Source: an uncultured Gammaproteobacteria bacterium (GTDB lineage: Bacteria > Pseudomonadota > Gammaproteobacteria > GCA-002705445 > GCA-002716945). Taken from it: a DNA stretch of 64,000 nt. The notes beneath the pieces were generated by a model, which worked only from the letters and a program-made list of their open reading frames with translations, was not told the DNA's origin and searched no databases. Position numbers and translations under genes: made by a program. Where the stretch lies: assembly GCA_902559355.1 (NCBI GenBank), contig CACEHM010000001.1:81829-145828 (forward strand), written 5' to 3'. Positions 39,910 to 50,597 of the stretch are shown piece by piece (within the stretch, counting starts at the first letter, position 1; the number at the start of each line of letters is the position of its first letter).

Positions 39910-40495
39910 AATTTGTAAAATAATTAGAAAATTTTAAAAGAGCCTTACCTCGGTGACTTATTTCATGTTTATCACTTGGCCTTAGTTCTGCCGAAGTTAT
40001 ATTTCTATCAGGTAAGAAAAAAATAGGATCATATCCAAAGCCATTAGTACCCTGATGTTTATCATTAATTCTCCCTCTCCATGAATCTTGTGCAATAAAT
40101 GGGAACGGATCATTTGAAAATCTCATGAAAACTATCACACATCTATAACACGCCCCTCTTTTAATATCAGGAACGCCATCTAGTTCTTCTAACAGTTTAT
40201 TATTATTTTCCTCATTAGTCGCATCTTCACCTGCATATCTTGCAGACCATACTCCCGGACGACCATTCAAATAATCAACTTCTATACCGGAATCATCAGC
40301 TATAGAAGGTAGAGAGGTAAAATTCGAGGCACTTCTAGCTTTTAGTATTGCATTTTCTACAAATGTAGAGCCTGTCTCTTCAACATCTGGTATGTCAATG
40401 TCATGGCAGGTAACTAATTCAACATTCATTTTATAAAGTATTTCCTGAAACTCAGTTATTTTATCTTTATTTTTAGTGGCTAAGAATATTTTCAT
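39893..40495 (-). CDS. rdgB: Non-canonical purine NTP pyrophosphatase (dITP/XTP pyrophosphatase)
   Basis: Ham1 family motifs (IFLATKNKDKITEF, SRYAGE, GFGYDPIF). Confidence 0.85.
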   Translation of the reverse strand: MKIFLATKNKDKITEFQEILYKMNVELVTCHDIDIPDVEETGSTFVENAILKARSASNFTSLPSIADDSGIEVDYLNGRPGVWSARYAGEDATNEENNNKLLEELDGVPDIKRGACYRCVIVFMRFSNDPFPFIAQDSWRGRINDKHQGTNGFGYDPIFFLPDRNITSAELRPSDKHEISHRGKALLKFSNYFTNYVKKS

Positions 40496-40552
40496 AAAAC
40501 TTCAAGACAATATATTTGCTATACTATTGTAATATACTTATGTGGACAAACA

Positions 40553-41029
40553 ATGAAGAATAATCATATTAATCAATCTGGTGATCTACATATGATAGAT
40601 ATCAGTGAAAAAGAGATAACCTTAAGAACTGCTAGAGCCTCTGGCGAAATTATATTAAATAAGCAAGCATTTGATTCTGTACTCCATTTAAATAATAAAA
40701 AGGGTGATGTCCTAAATACTGCAAGAATCTCAGGTATAAATGCTGTAAAACAAACTTCTAATCTTATTCCTCTAGCTCACACAATACCAATCAGCGCAGT
40801 ATCGATTGAATTTAAAATTGAAGAAAGTCGAAGTAAAATTCATTGTTACGCAATGGTCAAATCGGAAGGTAGAACAGGTGTTGAAATAGAAGCGCTAGTT
40901 GGTGTTGAAATATCTTTAATGACAATCTATGACATGTGTAAATATTTAGATAGAGGTATGCAGATTAATAATATTATGTTGCTATCAAAAACTGGAGGGA
41001 AGTCTGGGGACTTCATCAAAAATAAATGA
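40553..41029 (+). CDS. moaC: Cyclic pyranopterin monophosphate synthase accessory protein MoaC
   Basis: 158 aa with the MoaC pattern (LTHID...MVDIS.K..T.R.A.A.G.I, GVEMEALTAV-like GVEIEALVGV). Confidence 0.85.
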   Translation: MKNNHINQSGDLHMIDISEKEITLRTARASGEIILNKQAFDSVLHLNNKKGDVLNTARISGINAVKQTSNLIPLAHTIPISAVSIEFKIEESRSKIHCYAMVKSEGRTGVEIEALVGVEISLMTIYDMCKYLDRGMQINNIMLLSKTGGKSGDFIKNK

Positions 41030-41823
41030 TTAAAAATATTCTCTATATTTTATCTTCTATAATAATCATTATCTTTTTTTACGTGACACTCTTATTTGAT
41101 ATAAATGATCATAAGGTCAATCTTGAAAAAATGATTTCAGAACAAGCAAATATTGATTTCCAAATATTGGGAGATTTAAGCTTAGACTTAGGTTTAAATA
41201 CGAAAATTAAAGCTAAAAAACTATCTGTCAAAAAAAACAATATTTTAATACTAGAATCTGAAGAATTTAATGCTTCTGTATCAGTGTCAAAAATTTTAAC
41301 AGGACGGTTTGATATTGATTCATTAAGCTTAAAGGATTCAAAGCTATATGGCATAAATATAGATGAATCTATAATTAAATCTTACAACCTTCTTGCAGGG
41401 AGAAATTATTATATAAAGAATACTATGTATTCTGATATCGAGCTTATTGAAGCAAAAGGCTATTTCCAAGACGATATTTTACAAATCAAAGATATTAGAC
41501 TTAAGACAGAATTACTCGAAGGTGTAGGCTTTGGTAAAATTAATCCTTTTGAAGAGACAGTAAATATTAGTGCGTCTACGAAAATAAGAACTAATGAGAT
41601 TGTCAAAAAAAAATATAATAAATTTTATCCTAAATACTTAATTGAAACCGATCTGCCTGTTCTTATAACAGGCAATTACAATGCCCCTGAAGTAGATATA
41701 AAAATATCAGATTTAATAACAAAGAGACTTAAAGAAGAAATTAAAAACAAGGCTATTAAGTCCATAAAAGATAAAATTCAAGAAAAAATTCAATCAGAAA
41801 TTAATATTAAACTTCCCTTTTAG
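41026..41823 (+). CDS. AsmA-family N-terminal-like membrane-anchored protein (short)
   Basis: N-terminal TM helix followed by a region resembling the AsmA N-terminus (LFDINDHKVNLEKMISEQANIDFQILGDLSLDLGLN). Confidence 0.4.
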   Translation: MIKNILYILSSIIIIIFFYVTLLFDINDHKVNLEKMISEQANIDFQILGDLSLDLGLNTKIKAKKLSVKKNNILILESEEFNASVSVSKILTGRFDIDSLSLKDSKLYGINIDESIIKSYNLLAGRNYYIKNTMYSDIELIEAKGYFQDDILQIKDIRLKTELLEGVGFGKINPFEETVNISASTKIRTNEIVKKKYNKFYPKYLIETDLPVLITGNYNAPEVDIKISDLITKRLKEEIKNKAIKSIKDKIQEKIQSEINIKLPF

Positions 41824-41826
41824 ATA

Positions 41827-42867
41827 GTGTCATCAAATTTATCTAACTCAGTACTTAAATGGTATAAAAAACATGGAAGAAATAATCTTCCATGGAAAGT
41901 TAAAGATCCCTACAAGATATGGATATCTGAAATAATGCTTCAACAAACACAAGTAAATACGGTTATTCCATATTATTTAAAATTTATAAAGAAATATCCT
42001 AATCTTAAGAGTCTTGTATCAGCAGATTTAGATGATTTGATGCTCATATGGAGCGGGCTTGGTTATTACAGGCGAATCAAAAATATACATCTTAGTTCTA
42101 AAATTATAGCAAGAGAACACAACTATAACTTTCCACATAAATATGATGACATCTTGTCATTGCCAGGCATTGGAAGAACTACTGCGTCTGCAATTTCGAC
42201 ATTTTCTGGGTTTTCAAATAAGGCGATACTAGACGGAAATGTCAAAAGAATATTGATTCGTTTTTATGAAATAGAAGAAGAAAACAAAACTATCTTAGAA
42301 AAAAAATTATGGGATAAATCAGTCTCGATAACACCATTAAAATGCACTTCAGACTTTATTCAAGGCATGATGGATATAGGTTCAGTTATATGTAAAAGAA
42401 CTAATCCAGAATGTTGTAGATGCCCATTGAAATCAATGGGCTGTAGTTACAATCCAACTCATAAAAGAGAAAAAAAAATAAAGAAAAAAATTAATAATAT
42501 CAAAATGAATCTTATTGTTTTAATAAATCAAAGTAATCAAATATATTTAGAAAAAATTAAAGCTGGTAAACTTTGGCAGGGATTATATTCTAGTCCAACC
42601 TTCACTTTAAATTCACACACAAATGAATGGATGTTACGTAATAATATTTCTGATCTTAAGCCAATATACAGAAGTAATATAATGCATAGAGTAACGCATA
42701 AAAAAATAATGTTTAATACCTTCTTTTATTTTTTGAAAAATGACAAAAAAGTTAGTTTATCAAGTAAGAATTGGTATAATCTAGCAGACATTAATGTTGG
42801 CGTGCCGAAGTATCAAGATAAGGCATTAGTTATATATAGGTCTGAGTATGAAAAAAATAATGTGTAA
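41827..42867 (+). CDS. mutY: A/G-specific adenine DNA glycosylase
   Basis: HhH-GPD motifs (LPWK...PYKIWISEIMLQQTQV, LPGIGRTTASAI), a 4Fe-4S cluster loop (CKRTNPECCRCPLKSMC), and a C-terminal NUDIX-like domain. It is followed by yggX, as in E. coli. Confidence 0.85.
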   Translation: MSSNLSNSVLKWYKKHGRNNLPWKVKDPYKIWISEIMLQQTQVNTVIPYYLKFIKKYPNLKSLVSADLDDLMLIWSGLGYYRRIKNIHLSSKIIAREHNYNFPHKYDDILSLPGIGRTTASAISTFSGFSNKAILDGNVKRILIRFYEIEEENKTILEKKLWDKSVSITPLKCTSDFIQGMMDIGSVICKRTNPECCRCPLKSMGCSYNPTHKREKKIKKKINNIKMNLIVLINQSNQIYLEKIKAGKLWQGLYSSPTFTLNSHTNEWMLRNNISDLKPIYRSNIMHRVTHKKIMFNTFFYFLKNDKKVSLSSKNWYNLADINVGVPKYQDKALVIYRSEYEKNNV

Positions 42868-43114
42868 AAAGTTAAAAAAAGAGGGAGAAGCATTAGACTA
42901 TCTTCCATATCCTGGAGATATTGGTAAAAAAATACAAGAAAGTATATCAAAAGAGGCCTGGGATCAATGGGTTAGTCATCAAACAATGCTTATTAATGAA
43001 ATGAGATTAACCCCAGTGGAACCTAAAGCAAGAAAATTTTTAGAGGAAGAAATGGAAAAATTCTTTTTCGGTGACGGCTCGCAAGCTCCCCAAGGTTTTA
43101 CTCCAGAAAAATAA
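42848..43114 (+). CDS. yggX: Fe(2+)-trafficking protein YggX
   Basis: Strong resemblance to E. coli YggX (LDYLPYPGDIGKKIQESISKEAWDQWVSHQTMLINEMRLTPVEP...EEEMEKFFFG). It overlaps the mutY 3' end. Confidence 0.85.
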   Translation: MKKIMCKKLKKEGEALDYLPYPGDIGKKIQESISKEAWDQWVSHQTMLINEMRLTPVEPKARKFLEEEMEKFFFGDGSQAPQGFTPEK

Positions 43115-43119
43115 TATAT

Positions 43120-43193
<74 letters not shown>

Positions 43194-43198
43194 ATAAT

Positions 43199-44731
43199 AT
43201 GAAAACACTGAATTTAAATAAATTATTAACGAAAGCTTTAGACTGTCATAAAAAAGGCAGTATCAATGAGGCAGATAAAATTTATCTTAAAATATTAACT
43301 GAATATCCTAATGATTTTGATTCAAATCATTTACATGGGGTTGTACTAAGTCAGAAAAAAAATTATAAATCATCTATTAAATATTATGAAAAAGCATTTT
43401 CTATCAAACCTAAAAATTGTGAACTATTAAATAATTACGCAATATCTTTAAGAAATTTAGACGATTATGAGCAATGTGAAATAATGCTAAAAAAAGCAAT
43501 TAGTCATGAAAAAAGCTTCACTAAATCTTATTTAAATTTATCCAATTGCTACCTAGCTCAAGAAAAATATCATGATGCACTAAAAGTACTTAAAGATGGT
43601 AAAAAACTTGATAAAGAAAATATCCGCTTTGATCAAAATATTATTGGTATTTACCTTCAAATTTACAATAAAGATAAAAAATCATCAGATTTAAATGACT
43701 GTATCGAAGTCTTAGATAGTATCCATATAAATGAATCATTTGACCAAAAATTAATTTGTAATTATGCACTTGCATATCTTTGGAATAATAATCTTGATAA
43801 AGCATCATCTTTATTTAAAATAGCTGAGAAGAAATCACAAATACCTCCAAATATGAAAACACTCTTAGATATGAAAGATAGAAAAGTATTAGAGTATTTA
43901 GTAAAGCATGAATATGAACAGATTTGTCATATTGACTCAGATGTTGACGGCATCAGAAATATGAAAATCACTCAAGATTATTTTAATACTTTAGAAAAAG
44001 TTAATAAAATAGATTCTAAAGATTATAAGGAAGGTGATTTAAATTTTATTTCAACTTTACATCGAATTAAATATAATAAACCAGTTAAAACAGAACCTCC
44101 TTATTTAAATGAAAATCTTGACTACAAAAATATCCAATCTATATATACATCATCACAACCTGAAATTTGCATTGTTGATGATATATTATCTCAAGAATTT
44201 CTCAGTGACCTAAAAATATTTTTCAGATGTGCAAATATCTTCAAGAGACCATACCCACGTGGATATGTGGGAACATTTTTAGGGACAGGTATGGCAAACA
44301 AACCAATTTTGCAGTTTAGTAAGGATTTAACTTTAAAACTACCAAATATATTTAACAAATATCATCTAACTCAAGCCTGGGCATTTAAATATGATAGTCA
44401 ACAAAAAGGAATAGGGATTCATGCTGACGACGCTAAAGTGAATGTTAATTTATGGCTAACTTCTGAGAATGCAAACCTTGATAATCACTCTGGGGGAATG
44501 ATTATTTGGAAGAAAAAGCCTAATGAGACTTCTAACTTTTCTGATTATAATTCTTCTATAAATTCAGAAAAAATGTTACGTGATGTAAGTGAATCTGATT
44601 ATATAAGAATCCCATATAAAGCCAACAGAGCTATTATATTCAACTCTAAGCTATATCATGCAACTGATGATATAAACTTTGATAACAAATATATAAACCG
44701 TAGAATAAATGTTACTTTTCTTTATTCATAA
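43199..44731 (+). CDS. TPR-repeat protein with a C-terminal putative 2-oxoglutarate/Fe(II)-dependent oxygenase (cupin) domain, possibly AspH-like
   Basis: The N-terminal half contains about 6 TPR-like repeats. The C-terminal 200 aa has an HxD...H arrangement (GIHADDA...LYHATDD) typical of 2OG oxygenases. The track ORF starts at 43163 inside the tRNA, so I chose the ATG at 43199. Confidence 0.5.
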   Translation: MKTLNLNKLLTKALDCHKKGSINEADKIYLKILTEYPNDFDSNHLHGVVLSQKKNYKSSIKYYEKAFSIKPKNCELLNNYAISLRNLDDYEQCEIMLKKAISHEKSFTKSYLNLSNCYLAQEKYHDALKVLKDGKKLDKENIRFDQNIIGIYLQIYNKDKKSSDLNDCIEVLDSIHINESFDQKLICNYALAYLWNNNLDKASSLFKIAEKKSQIPPNMKTLLDMKDRKVLEYLVKHEYEQICHIDSDVDGIRNMKITQDYFNTLEKVNKIDSKDYKEGDLNFISTLHRIKYNKPVKTEPPYLNENLDYKNIQSIYTSSQPEICIVDDILSQEFLSDLKIFFRCANIFKRPYPRGYVGTFLGTGMANKPILQFSKDLTLKLPNIFNKYHLTQAWAFKYDSQQKGIGIHADDAKVNVNLWLTSENANLDNHSGGMIIWKKKPNETSNFSDYNSSINSEKMLRDVSESDYIRIPYKANRAIIFNSKLYHATDDINFDNKYINRRINVTFLYS

Positions 44732-44779
44732 TTTACAAAGTTGCTTTAAAAAAAATGATTAAAGACATATAATAAGGAT

Positions 44780-45109
44780 ATGTCAGAATTATCACCAAAA
44801 AACGCTAAATTCAGTCTCGGACAAATTGTTTATCACTCAAAATTCAAGTATCGTGGTGTAATAGTTGATGCAGATCCAAACTTTCAAGGAACTGATGAGT
44901 GGTATGAATCAGTAGCTAAGTCTAAGCCTGATAAAAACAAACCTTGGTATCATGTGCTTGTTCATGGACAAGGCAACGAGACATATGTTGCAGAATCTAA
45001 TCTAACATCTGATCAAAATATAGATCCAGTTGATCACCCATTTGTAGATATATTCTTTTATGAATATGACAACAGCGGTTCTTACTCACTAAAACAAACA
45101 TTTAATTAA
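44780..45109 (+). CDS. hspQ: Heat-shock protein HspQ / hemimethylated-DNA-binding YccV-like domain
   Basis: FSLGQIVYHSKFKYRGVIVDADP...WYE...PWYHVLVHG matches the HspQ/YccV pattern. Confidence 0.75.
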   Translation: MSELSPKNAKFSLGQIVYHSKFKYRGVIVDADPNFQGTDEWYESVAKSKPDKNKPWYHVLVHGQGNETYVAESNLTSDQNIDPVDHPFVDIFFYEYDNSGSYSLKQTFN

Positions 45110-45112
45110 AAG

Positions 45113-45556
45113 TTGAATTTACTAGACAAGCTTTTCAAAAAATCTAGTGAGCTTAATAGTGACAATGATCTAGACATTCATCAACTGCAATTGGCTACAT
45201 GCATTCTGCTAATAGAGGTGTCTAAAAGCGATGATGATTATGATCCAGAAGAGCAAGAAAAAATAATATCATTAATCAAAGATAAATTTTCTCTAACGGA
45301 TGACGAGATAGCAGAGGTTTTTTCTGCTAGTAACAATCATCATAATAAAATGATATCCCTGTACGAATGGACAGATATTATTAACAAAGAATGTAGCTAC
45401 AAGCAAAAGCTAGTTATTATTGGATTTATGTGGGATATAGCATATATAGATTCTAAAATTGATAAGTATGAAGATTACACAATCAGGAAAGTATGCGACT
45501 TAATTTATGTTAAACATCAAGATTTTATTAATCTGAAAAATGAGAGAGCTATCTGA
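45113..45556 (+). CDS. TerB-like (DjlA N-terminal-like) domain protein, putative, with a TTG start
   Basis: 147-aa helical protein with TerB-like spacing of acidic and hydrophobic residues. The only available start is TTG at 45113. Low confidence. Confidence 0.4.
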   Translation: MNLLDKLFKKSSELNSDNDLDIHQLQLATCILLIEVSKSDDDYDPEEQEKIISLIKDKFSLTDDEIAEVFSASNNHHNKMISLYEWTDIINKECSYKQKLVIIGFMWDIAYIDSKIDKYEDYTIRKVCDLIYVKHQDFINLKNERAI

Positions 45557-46133
45557 CTTTAAAAATTGCAGACTCTCCTAATAAATTACTCAGACTCGAA
45601 GATACAGTGCTACCTTTGCCACTGCTAATTACCTCATCAACAATTGTAAAGTTATTTGTATGGCACATCTGTTTAAAGTCCTTAATAGTGCATAAATGTA
45701 TATTTGGAGTCGAATGCCAGCTATATGGTAATTCACTTGTTACAGGCATTCTGCCTTTTAAAAAAAGGTAAAATCTTGATTTCCAGTAACCCATGTTAGG
45801 GAACGAGATAATAACTTCATTTCCGATTCTTAGCATTTCTTTTATTAAATCCACAGGATCATTAACCACCTGTAAAGATTGAGCCAATATTACATAGTCA
45901 AAGCTGTCATCACTGAAGTAATCTAATTTGTTGTTCATATTAGCATTAATAACATTTATATTATTGTCTAAAGATTTCATAATCTTATCTATGGATGTAT
46001 CCACACCATAACCGCTCCCATTCCTCTCTTCAGAAAGAAGCTTGAGAAGAGTGCCGTCTCCACAGCCTAGATCAAGTATTCTAGAATCTTTCTTCACCCA
46101 CTCTGAAATTACTTTAAAGTCTTTTCTTGCCAT
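45549..46133 (-). CDS. metW: Methionine biosynthesis protein MetW
   Basis: SAM-MTase motif ILDLGCGDGTLL, lying immediately downstream of metX on the same strand. Confidence 0.8.
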   Translation of the reverse strand: MARKDFKVISEWVKKDSRILDLGCGDGTLLKLLSEERNGSGYGVDTSIDKIMKSLDNNINVINANMNNKLDYFSDDSFDYVILAQSLQVVNDPVDLIKEMLRIGNEVIISFPNMGYWKSRFYLFLKGRMPVTSELPYSWHSTPNIHLCTIKDFKQMCHTNNFTIVDEVISSGKGSTVSSSLSNLLGESAIFKVR

Positions 46134-46134
46134 A

Positions 46135-47229
46135 TTAATTATTCTCGATATAAGTTCTCATAACATCAAAATAATTATCATTTTTCATTAAAAATGCATC
46201 ATGTCCTCCGTCAGATTTGACACATGCATATGAAACACTTTTGTTATGACTTATTAAAGTTTTTACAATTTCTTCTGATCTGCTAGGGGGGAATCTCCAA
46301 TCAGATGTAAAAGATATTAATAAAAACTTCGTCATTGTTGAAGATATCTTATCTATGAATTCACTATCACTAACAGGATCATAATAATCTAAAGCTTTAG
46401 TCATCAAAAGGTATGTGTTCGCATCAAACGAGTTAACAAACTTCTCACCTTGGTATCTTAGGTAACTTTCTATTTGAAATTCTACATTAAAATTGAAGCC
46501 AATCTTTTCTTGCTTTAAATCTCGCCCAAATTTATCAGCCATAGATTTATCAGATAAATATGTTATGTGACCTAGCATTCTAGCCAAAGCTAATCCTCTT
46601 TTTGGCATTTTATCTTCTTTCAAATAATTGCCTCCACACCAATCTGGATCATTCATGATTGCTTGTCTAGCAACTTCATTGAATGCAATATTTTGAGCTG
46701 TTAATTTTGGGGCAGCAGCAATAATAATTGCATTGTCAATATAATCTGGATAATCAAGTGCCCATTGGAAAGCCTGCATGCCGCCAAGACTACCTCCAAC
46801 AACAAATTGCCATTTGTTAATGCCTAAATTATCCATAAGAACTTTTTGGCTATTTACCCAATCATGGACTGTAACGACAGGAAAATCAAAACCATAATTT
46901 GATCCTGTTTCTGTATTAATACTTGCCGGTCCGGTTGAACCATGACATCCACCTATGTTATTTACACATACAACAAAGAGTTTATTAGTATTAATAGGTT
47001 TGCCTGAGCCAATCATATTATCCCACCAGCCAGGCTTGTTATCACCTTCGTGATAGCCAGCTACATGATGATTACCAGACAGAGCATGACAGATTAGAAC
47101 AGCATTATCTTTATTATCATTGAGCTGACCATATGTTTCATAAACTAAATCATATGAATTTAACGTTTTTCCAGACTTTAGCTTCAATGGTGTATCTATT
47201 GAAAGCTTATGTTCCTTAATAATATCCAA
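46135..47229 (-). CDS. metX: Homoserine O-acyltransferase (MetX family, alpha/beta hydrolase)
   Basis: 364 aa, nucleophile elbow GGSLGGMQA, a MetX-type N-terminus, and the metXW pairing. Confidence 0.9.
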   Translation of the reverse strand: MDIIKEHKLSIDTPLKLKSGKTLNSYDLVYETYGQLNDNKDNAVLICHALSGNHHVAGYHEGDNKPGWWDNMIGSGKPINTNKLFVVCVNNIGGCHGSTGPASINTETGSNYGFDFPVVTVHDWVNSQKVLMDNLGINKWQFVVGGSLGGMQAFQWALDYPDYIDNAIIIAAAPKLTAQNIAFNEVARQAIMNDPDWCGGNYLKEDKMPKRGLALARMLGHITYLSDKSMADKFGRDLKQEKIGFNFNVEFQIESYLRYQGEKFVNSFDANTYLLMTKALDYYDPVSDSEFIDKISSTMTKFLLISFTSDWRFPPSRSEEIVKTLISHNKSVSYACVKSDGGHDAFLMKNDNYFDVMRTYIENN

Positions 47230-47230
47230 T

Positions 47231-47779
47231 TTATAGTAAGCTCGTTAAGTTAAAAATTCTAGGAATTAATACTATCTCTAATATCTGCAATAACACAAGG
47301 ATTATTATAGGTGAAAAATCAATTCCAGATAATGTGGGTACTATTGATCTGGTATAACGATAAATAGGTTCACATAATTCATCTACAAGGCCAAAAACAG
47401 GATGGTTTACAAATACATTAAACCAACTTTTAACAGCTGAGATTACTATTAAGTACCAGTAGATATTAATTATGTCACGTAGCAGGTAGCCTAGAGATAT
47501 AATTAATAAACTACCTAATGGATAGGTCTCACTGTTGAATATAAGAGGAAGGTATAGTTTTAAAAATGTAAAAAGAAATAATATTATAAATAAAAAATAA
47601 GGCGTGAGATTAAGTCCAATATATTCAAAAGGCTTGACTAGATATCCACTCAGTTTAACGATTGATTGTGTTACAGGATTATAATAATTAACTTTACATG
47701 TCTGACAAAAGAACCTTAGCAAGATAATGAATTGACAAGCACTTAGAAATAAATAAATTATTGATGCTGATCCCGACAT
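47231..47779 (-). CDS. yggT: YggT-family membrane protein
   Basis: 182-aa multi-TM protein with YGGT-repeat-like segments. It sits next to proC and yggS, as in the E. coli yggS-yggT region. Confidence 0.65.
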   Translation of the reverse strand: MSGSASIIYLFLSACQFIILLRFFCQTCKVNYYNPVTQSIVKLSGYLVKPFEYIGLNLTPYFLFIILFLFTFLKLYLPLIFNSETYPLGSLLIISLGYLLRDIINIYWYLIVISAVKSWFNVFVNHPVFGLVDELCEPIYRYTRSIVPTLSGIDFSPIIILVLLQILEIVLIPRIFNLTSLL

Positions 47780-48576
47780 TATTTTTTAAGGATATTTTTT
47801 GATTTCTTATATGCTTTCTTGATAGCTTTTAGAATCATACTGTCAACTTTATTATTTTTTAATTCAGTTAATGCAGCTTGTGTAGTACCCCCTTTTGAGG
47901 CGATAGCTGACATAATATCATCAGAGTTTTTATTATTTTTTATTATTTTTGAAGTTCCATGCATCAGATCATTTGTAAAAATAGTAGCATCTTTTTCACT
48001 GTAACCCATATTAATAAACACATCTTTTATAATTTTATTGAAGTAGACATAATATGCTGGGCCACTACCGTAGAGTGCTGTAATCTTGTCAATATCACCT
48101 TCATTAATACATTTTTTTAATTTAGAGAAAGTTTCGAAAAATTTATTAAGTATATATGCTATATTTTTCGAAAAAGGCTTCATATGATAAAAGATATGTG
48201 CTTCAGAATCACTAATAGTTATATTAGTCATGCATCGTACTACAGGAATATCTTGGGTAAGTTTATTTTTTATTGAAGCACAGCCGATGCCAGCCATAAA
48301 GCTAACTAAAATCATTTTTTCAGATAAAAAAGGATTTATCTCCTTGATAACCTCAATATAGTTATTTGGTTTTACCATAAGTATGATTAGGTTAGATTTA
48401 GTCATAATATCTGTATACGATGAAAAGAAATTTACATTAAACTTTTTTAAACTAAACTTCTTTTTTTTATTAGTATCAATAACATCTATTTTATATGAAA
48501 ATCTATTTCTATGAATTGCAGCGAGCAGCGAATTTGTAAGATTACCTGCTCCAATTATTGTCACTCGATTTATCAT
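47779..48576 (-). CDS. proC: Pyrroline-5-carboxylate reductase
   Basis: N-terminal Rossmann motif (VTIIGAGNLTNSL) and the P5CR C-terminal dimerisation motif (GPAYYVYF, ASKGGTTQAAL). Confidence 0.85.
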   Translation of the reverse strand: MINRVTIIGAGNLTNSLLAAIHRNRFSYKIDVIDTNKKKKFSLKKFNVNFFSSYTDIMTKSNLIILMVKPNNYIEVIKEINPFLSEKMILVSFMAGIGCASIKNKLTQDIPVVRCMTNITISDSEAHIFYHMKPFSKNIAYILNKFFETFSKLKKCINEGDIDKITALYGSGPAYYVYFNKIIKDVFINMGYSEKDATIFTNDLMHGTSKIIKNNKNSDDIMSAIASKGGTTQAALTELKNNKVDSMILKAIKKAYKKSKNILKK

Positions 48577-49229
48577 GTTCTTTTACCAAATATTTGTTGG
48601 CCTATTCTAAGCATATTTGCATTATATTCAATTGCAGACATATAATCTTTGCTCATCCCCATAGACAGTGTATCTAAATATTGATGTCTATCATACAAAT
48701 CTTTCATTTTAGCAAAGGACTCTACAGACGGTTGACTAACCTTTGGTATTGCCATTATTCCTCTTAATCTTATGTTTTTCATGTTACGTACAATTAACGA
48801 AAGATTATTATATTCCTTTATGTCTACACCACCTTTCGTTTCTTCATTATCAATATTAATTTGTATACATATGTTCATAACTTTATCCAGTTTACTACAA
48901 ACATCATTTATTTTATGAGCATGCTTTCCGGATGAAACAGTATGAATCCATGAGAAGTTTTCAGATATCTTTTTTATTTTATTTGATTGGATTGACCCAA
49001 TGTAATGCCAAACAATATTTGGATTATTTATTTGTATAATCTTTTCTCTAGCTTCATCTAAATAATTCTCTCCAAAATCTCTTTGACCAAGCTTTTCAAG
49101 TTCAACTATTTTCTTATAATCTTGCGTTTTGGAAACAACTATAAGACGAATATCTCTATTATTAACTTTTTTATGTTCATTGATAATTTCAATTATGCTT
49201 TTGTAGTTTTCAATATAATCTAAACGCAT
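48573..49229 (-). CDS. yggS: PLP-homeostasis protein YggS (COG0325)
   Basis: LIVVSKTQ...FGENYLDEA and the HYIGSIQSNK pattern. Confidence 0.85.
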   Translation of the reverse strand: MRLDYIENYKSIIEIINEHKKVNNRDIRLIVVSKTQDYKKIVELEKLGQRDFGENYLDEAREKIIQINNPNIVWHYIGSIQSNKIKKISENFSWIHTVSSGKHAHKINDVCSKLDKVMNICIQINIDNEETKGGVDIKEYNNLSLIVRNMKNIRLRGIMAIPKVSQPSVESFAKMKDLYDRHQYLDTLSMGMSKDYMSAIEYNANMLRIGQQIFGKRT

Positions 49230-49231
49230 GT

Positions 49232-50170
49232 TTAATTATTATCAAACAACATAGACATGATAGCCATCCTTACAGATATACCATATGAAACTTGATTTAA
49301 TATAACTGAATTTGGTCCATCTGCTACAGACGATTCAATTTCTATTCCTCTATTAATTGGCCCAGGATGCATAACTATTACATCACTTTTTGCATATTCA
49401 AGTCGATTTTTATTTAATCCATAATCATCATAATATGAGTCCATAGATATTAATGCATCATGCATCCTTTCTTTTTGCAACCTAAGCATAATGATAACAT
49501 CTGCATTCTCAATGCCTTTGTTCATATCAGAAAAATAATTTACACTCATTTTGTTGTAGTTCTCTGGTATTAAGTTTTCAGGGCCAATTATATTTATTTC
49601 TCTAGTCCCTAAAATATTTAGTGAATAGATAAGTGATTTTGCAACACGAGAGTGAAGAATATCACCAACTATTGAAACTTTTAGATCGTCGAAACGCCCT
49701 TTATGTTTTTTGATAGTAAACATATCAAGCATTGCTTGAGTGGGGTGTTCATTAGACCCATCTCCGGCATTAATTACAGAGATATTATTGCTTACTGATT
49801 CTGCAATGTAATGCGCTGTGCCAGGAACAGAATGTCTAACTACAAACATTTGACAGCTCATTGCTTCTATTGTTTTAATCATATCCAATATAGATTCACC
49901 TTTTGAAGTTGAAGAATTAGATATATCAATATTAATAAAATCTGCTGAAATCTTTTTTGAGGCTAATTCAAAAGTTGTTTTTGTTCGTGTGCTTGGCTCG
50001 AAAAATAAGCTAGCAACTACTTTATTCGGGTATTTTGATATTTTGTTATTATTATGAATATCCTCTGCTCTTGATATTATCTCTAAAATATGAGCTTTGG
50101 GTAAGGACTTGATATTCAGAAAGTGCTTGAGTTTATTGTCTTGAATCTGAATACTATGATTTATTTTCAT
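49232..50170 (-). CDS. pyrB: Aspartate carbamoyltransferase catalytic subunit
   Basis: STRTK motif (EPSTRTKTTFE), HPTQAMLD, and HPGP. It is 312 aa. Confidence 0.9.
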   Translation of the reverse strand: MKINHSIQIQDNKLKHFLNIKSLPKAHILEIISRAEDIHNNNKISKYPNKVVASLFFEPSTRTKTTFELASKKISADFINIDISNSSTSKGESILDMIKTIEAMSCQMFVVRHSVPGTAHYIAESVSNNISVINAGDGSNEHPTQAMLDMFTIKKHKGRFDDLKVSIVGDILHSRVAKSLIYSLNILGTREINIIGPENLIPENYNKMSVNYFSDMNKGIENADVIIMLRLQKERMHDALISMDSYYDDYGLNKNRLEYAKSDVIVMHPGPINRGIEIESSVADGPNSVILNQVSYGISVRMAIMSMLFDNN

Positions 50171-50590
50171 CTAATCAATAATATTTTCATTAATCCAGCT
50201 TTGCAAGATAATAGATGCAGATATGTCATCATAATCTGATGACTTCTTTTTAGTTATGCCACTGTTTCTCATCTCAGCAAAACTATTCCTGGCCATTTCA
50301 CTAGTTAGAAGCTCATCATGAAATATAATTTCTATGTCAAAATCTAATGATCCTTGAATATCCTTTGCAAAAAATTTTATTTCTTTGTGAATATTATTTT
50401 CATTCTTATATTCGGGATATCCAATGACTATTTTTTTAATATCCCATTCATGGATAACTTTTTTTATTTCATCTTTATAATTAGAATATATAACTTTTAA
50501 TGGTCGTGAATTTCTTGTAACACTTTGGCCTATCGCTAAACCTATCTTTTTAGAACCATAATCAATACCAAGTAAGAAGAAATTATTCAT
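50171..50590 (-). CDS. ruvX: Putative pre-16S rRNA nuclease / Holliday-junction resolvase-like YqgF
   Basis: N-terminal LLGIDYGSKKIGLAIG, RNase H-like fold, 139 aa. Confidence 0.8.
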   Translation of the reverse strand: MNNFFLLGIDYGSKKIGLAIGQSVTRNSRPLKVIYSNYKDEIKKVIHEWDIKKIVIGYPEYKNENNIHKEIKFFAKDIQGSLDFDIEIIFHDELLTSEMARNSFAEMRNSGITKKKSSDYDDISASIILQSWINENIID

Positions 50591-50597
50591 TTAATTA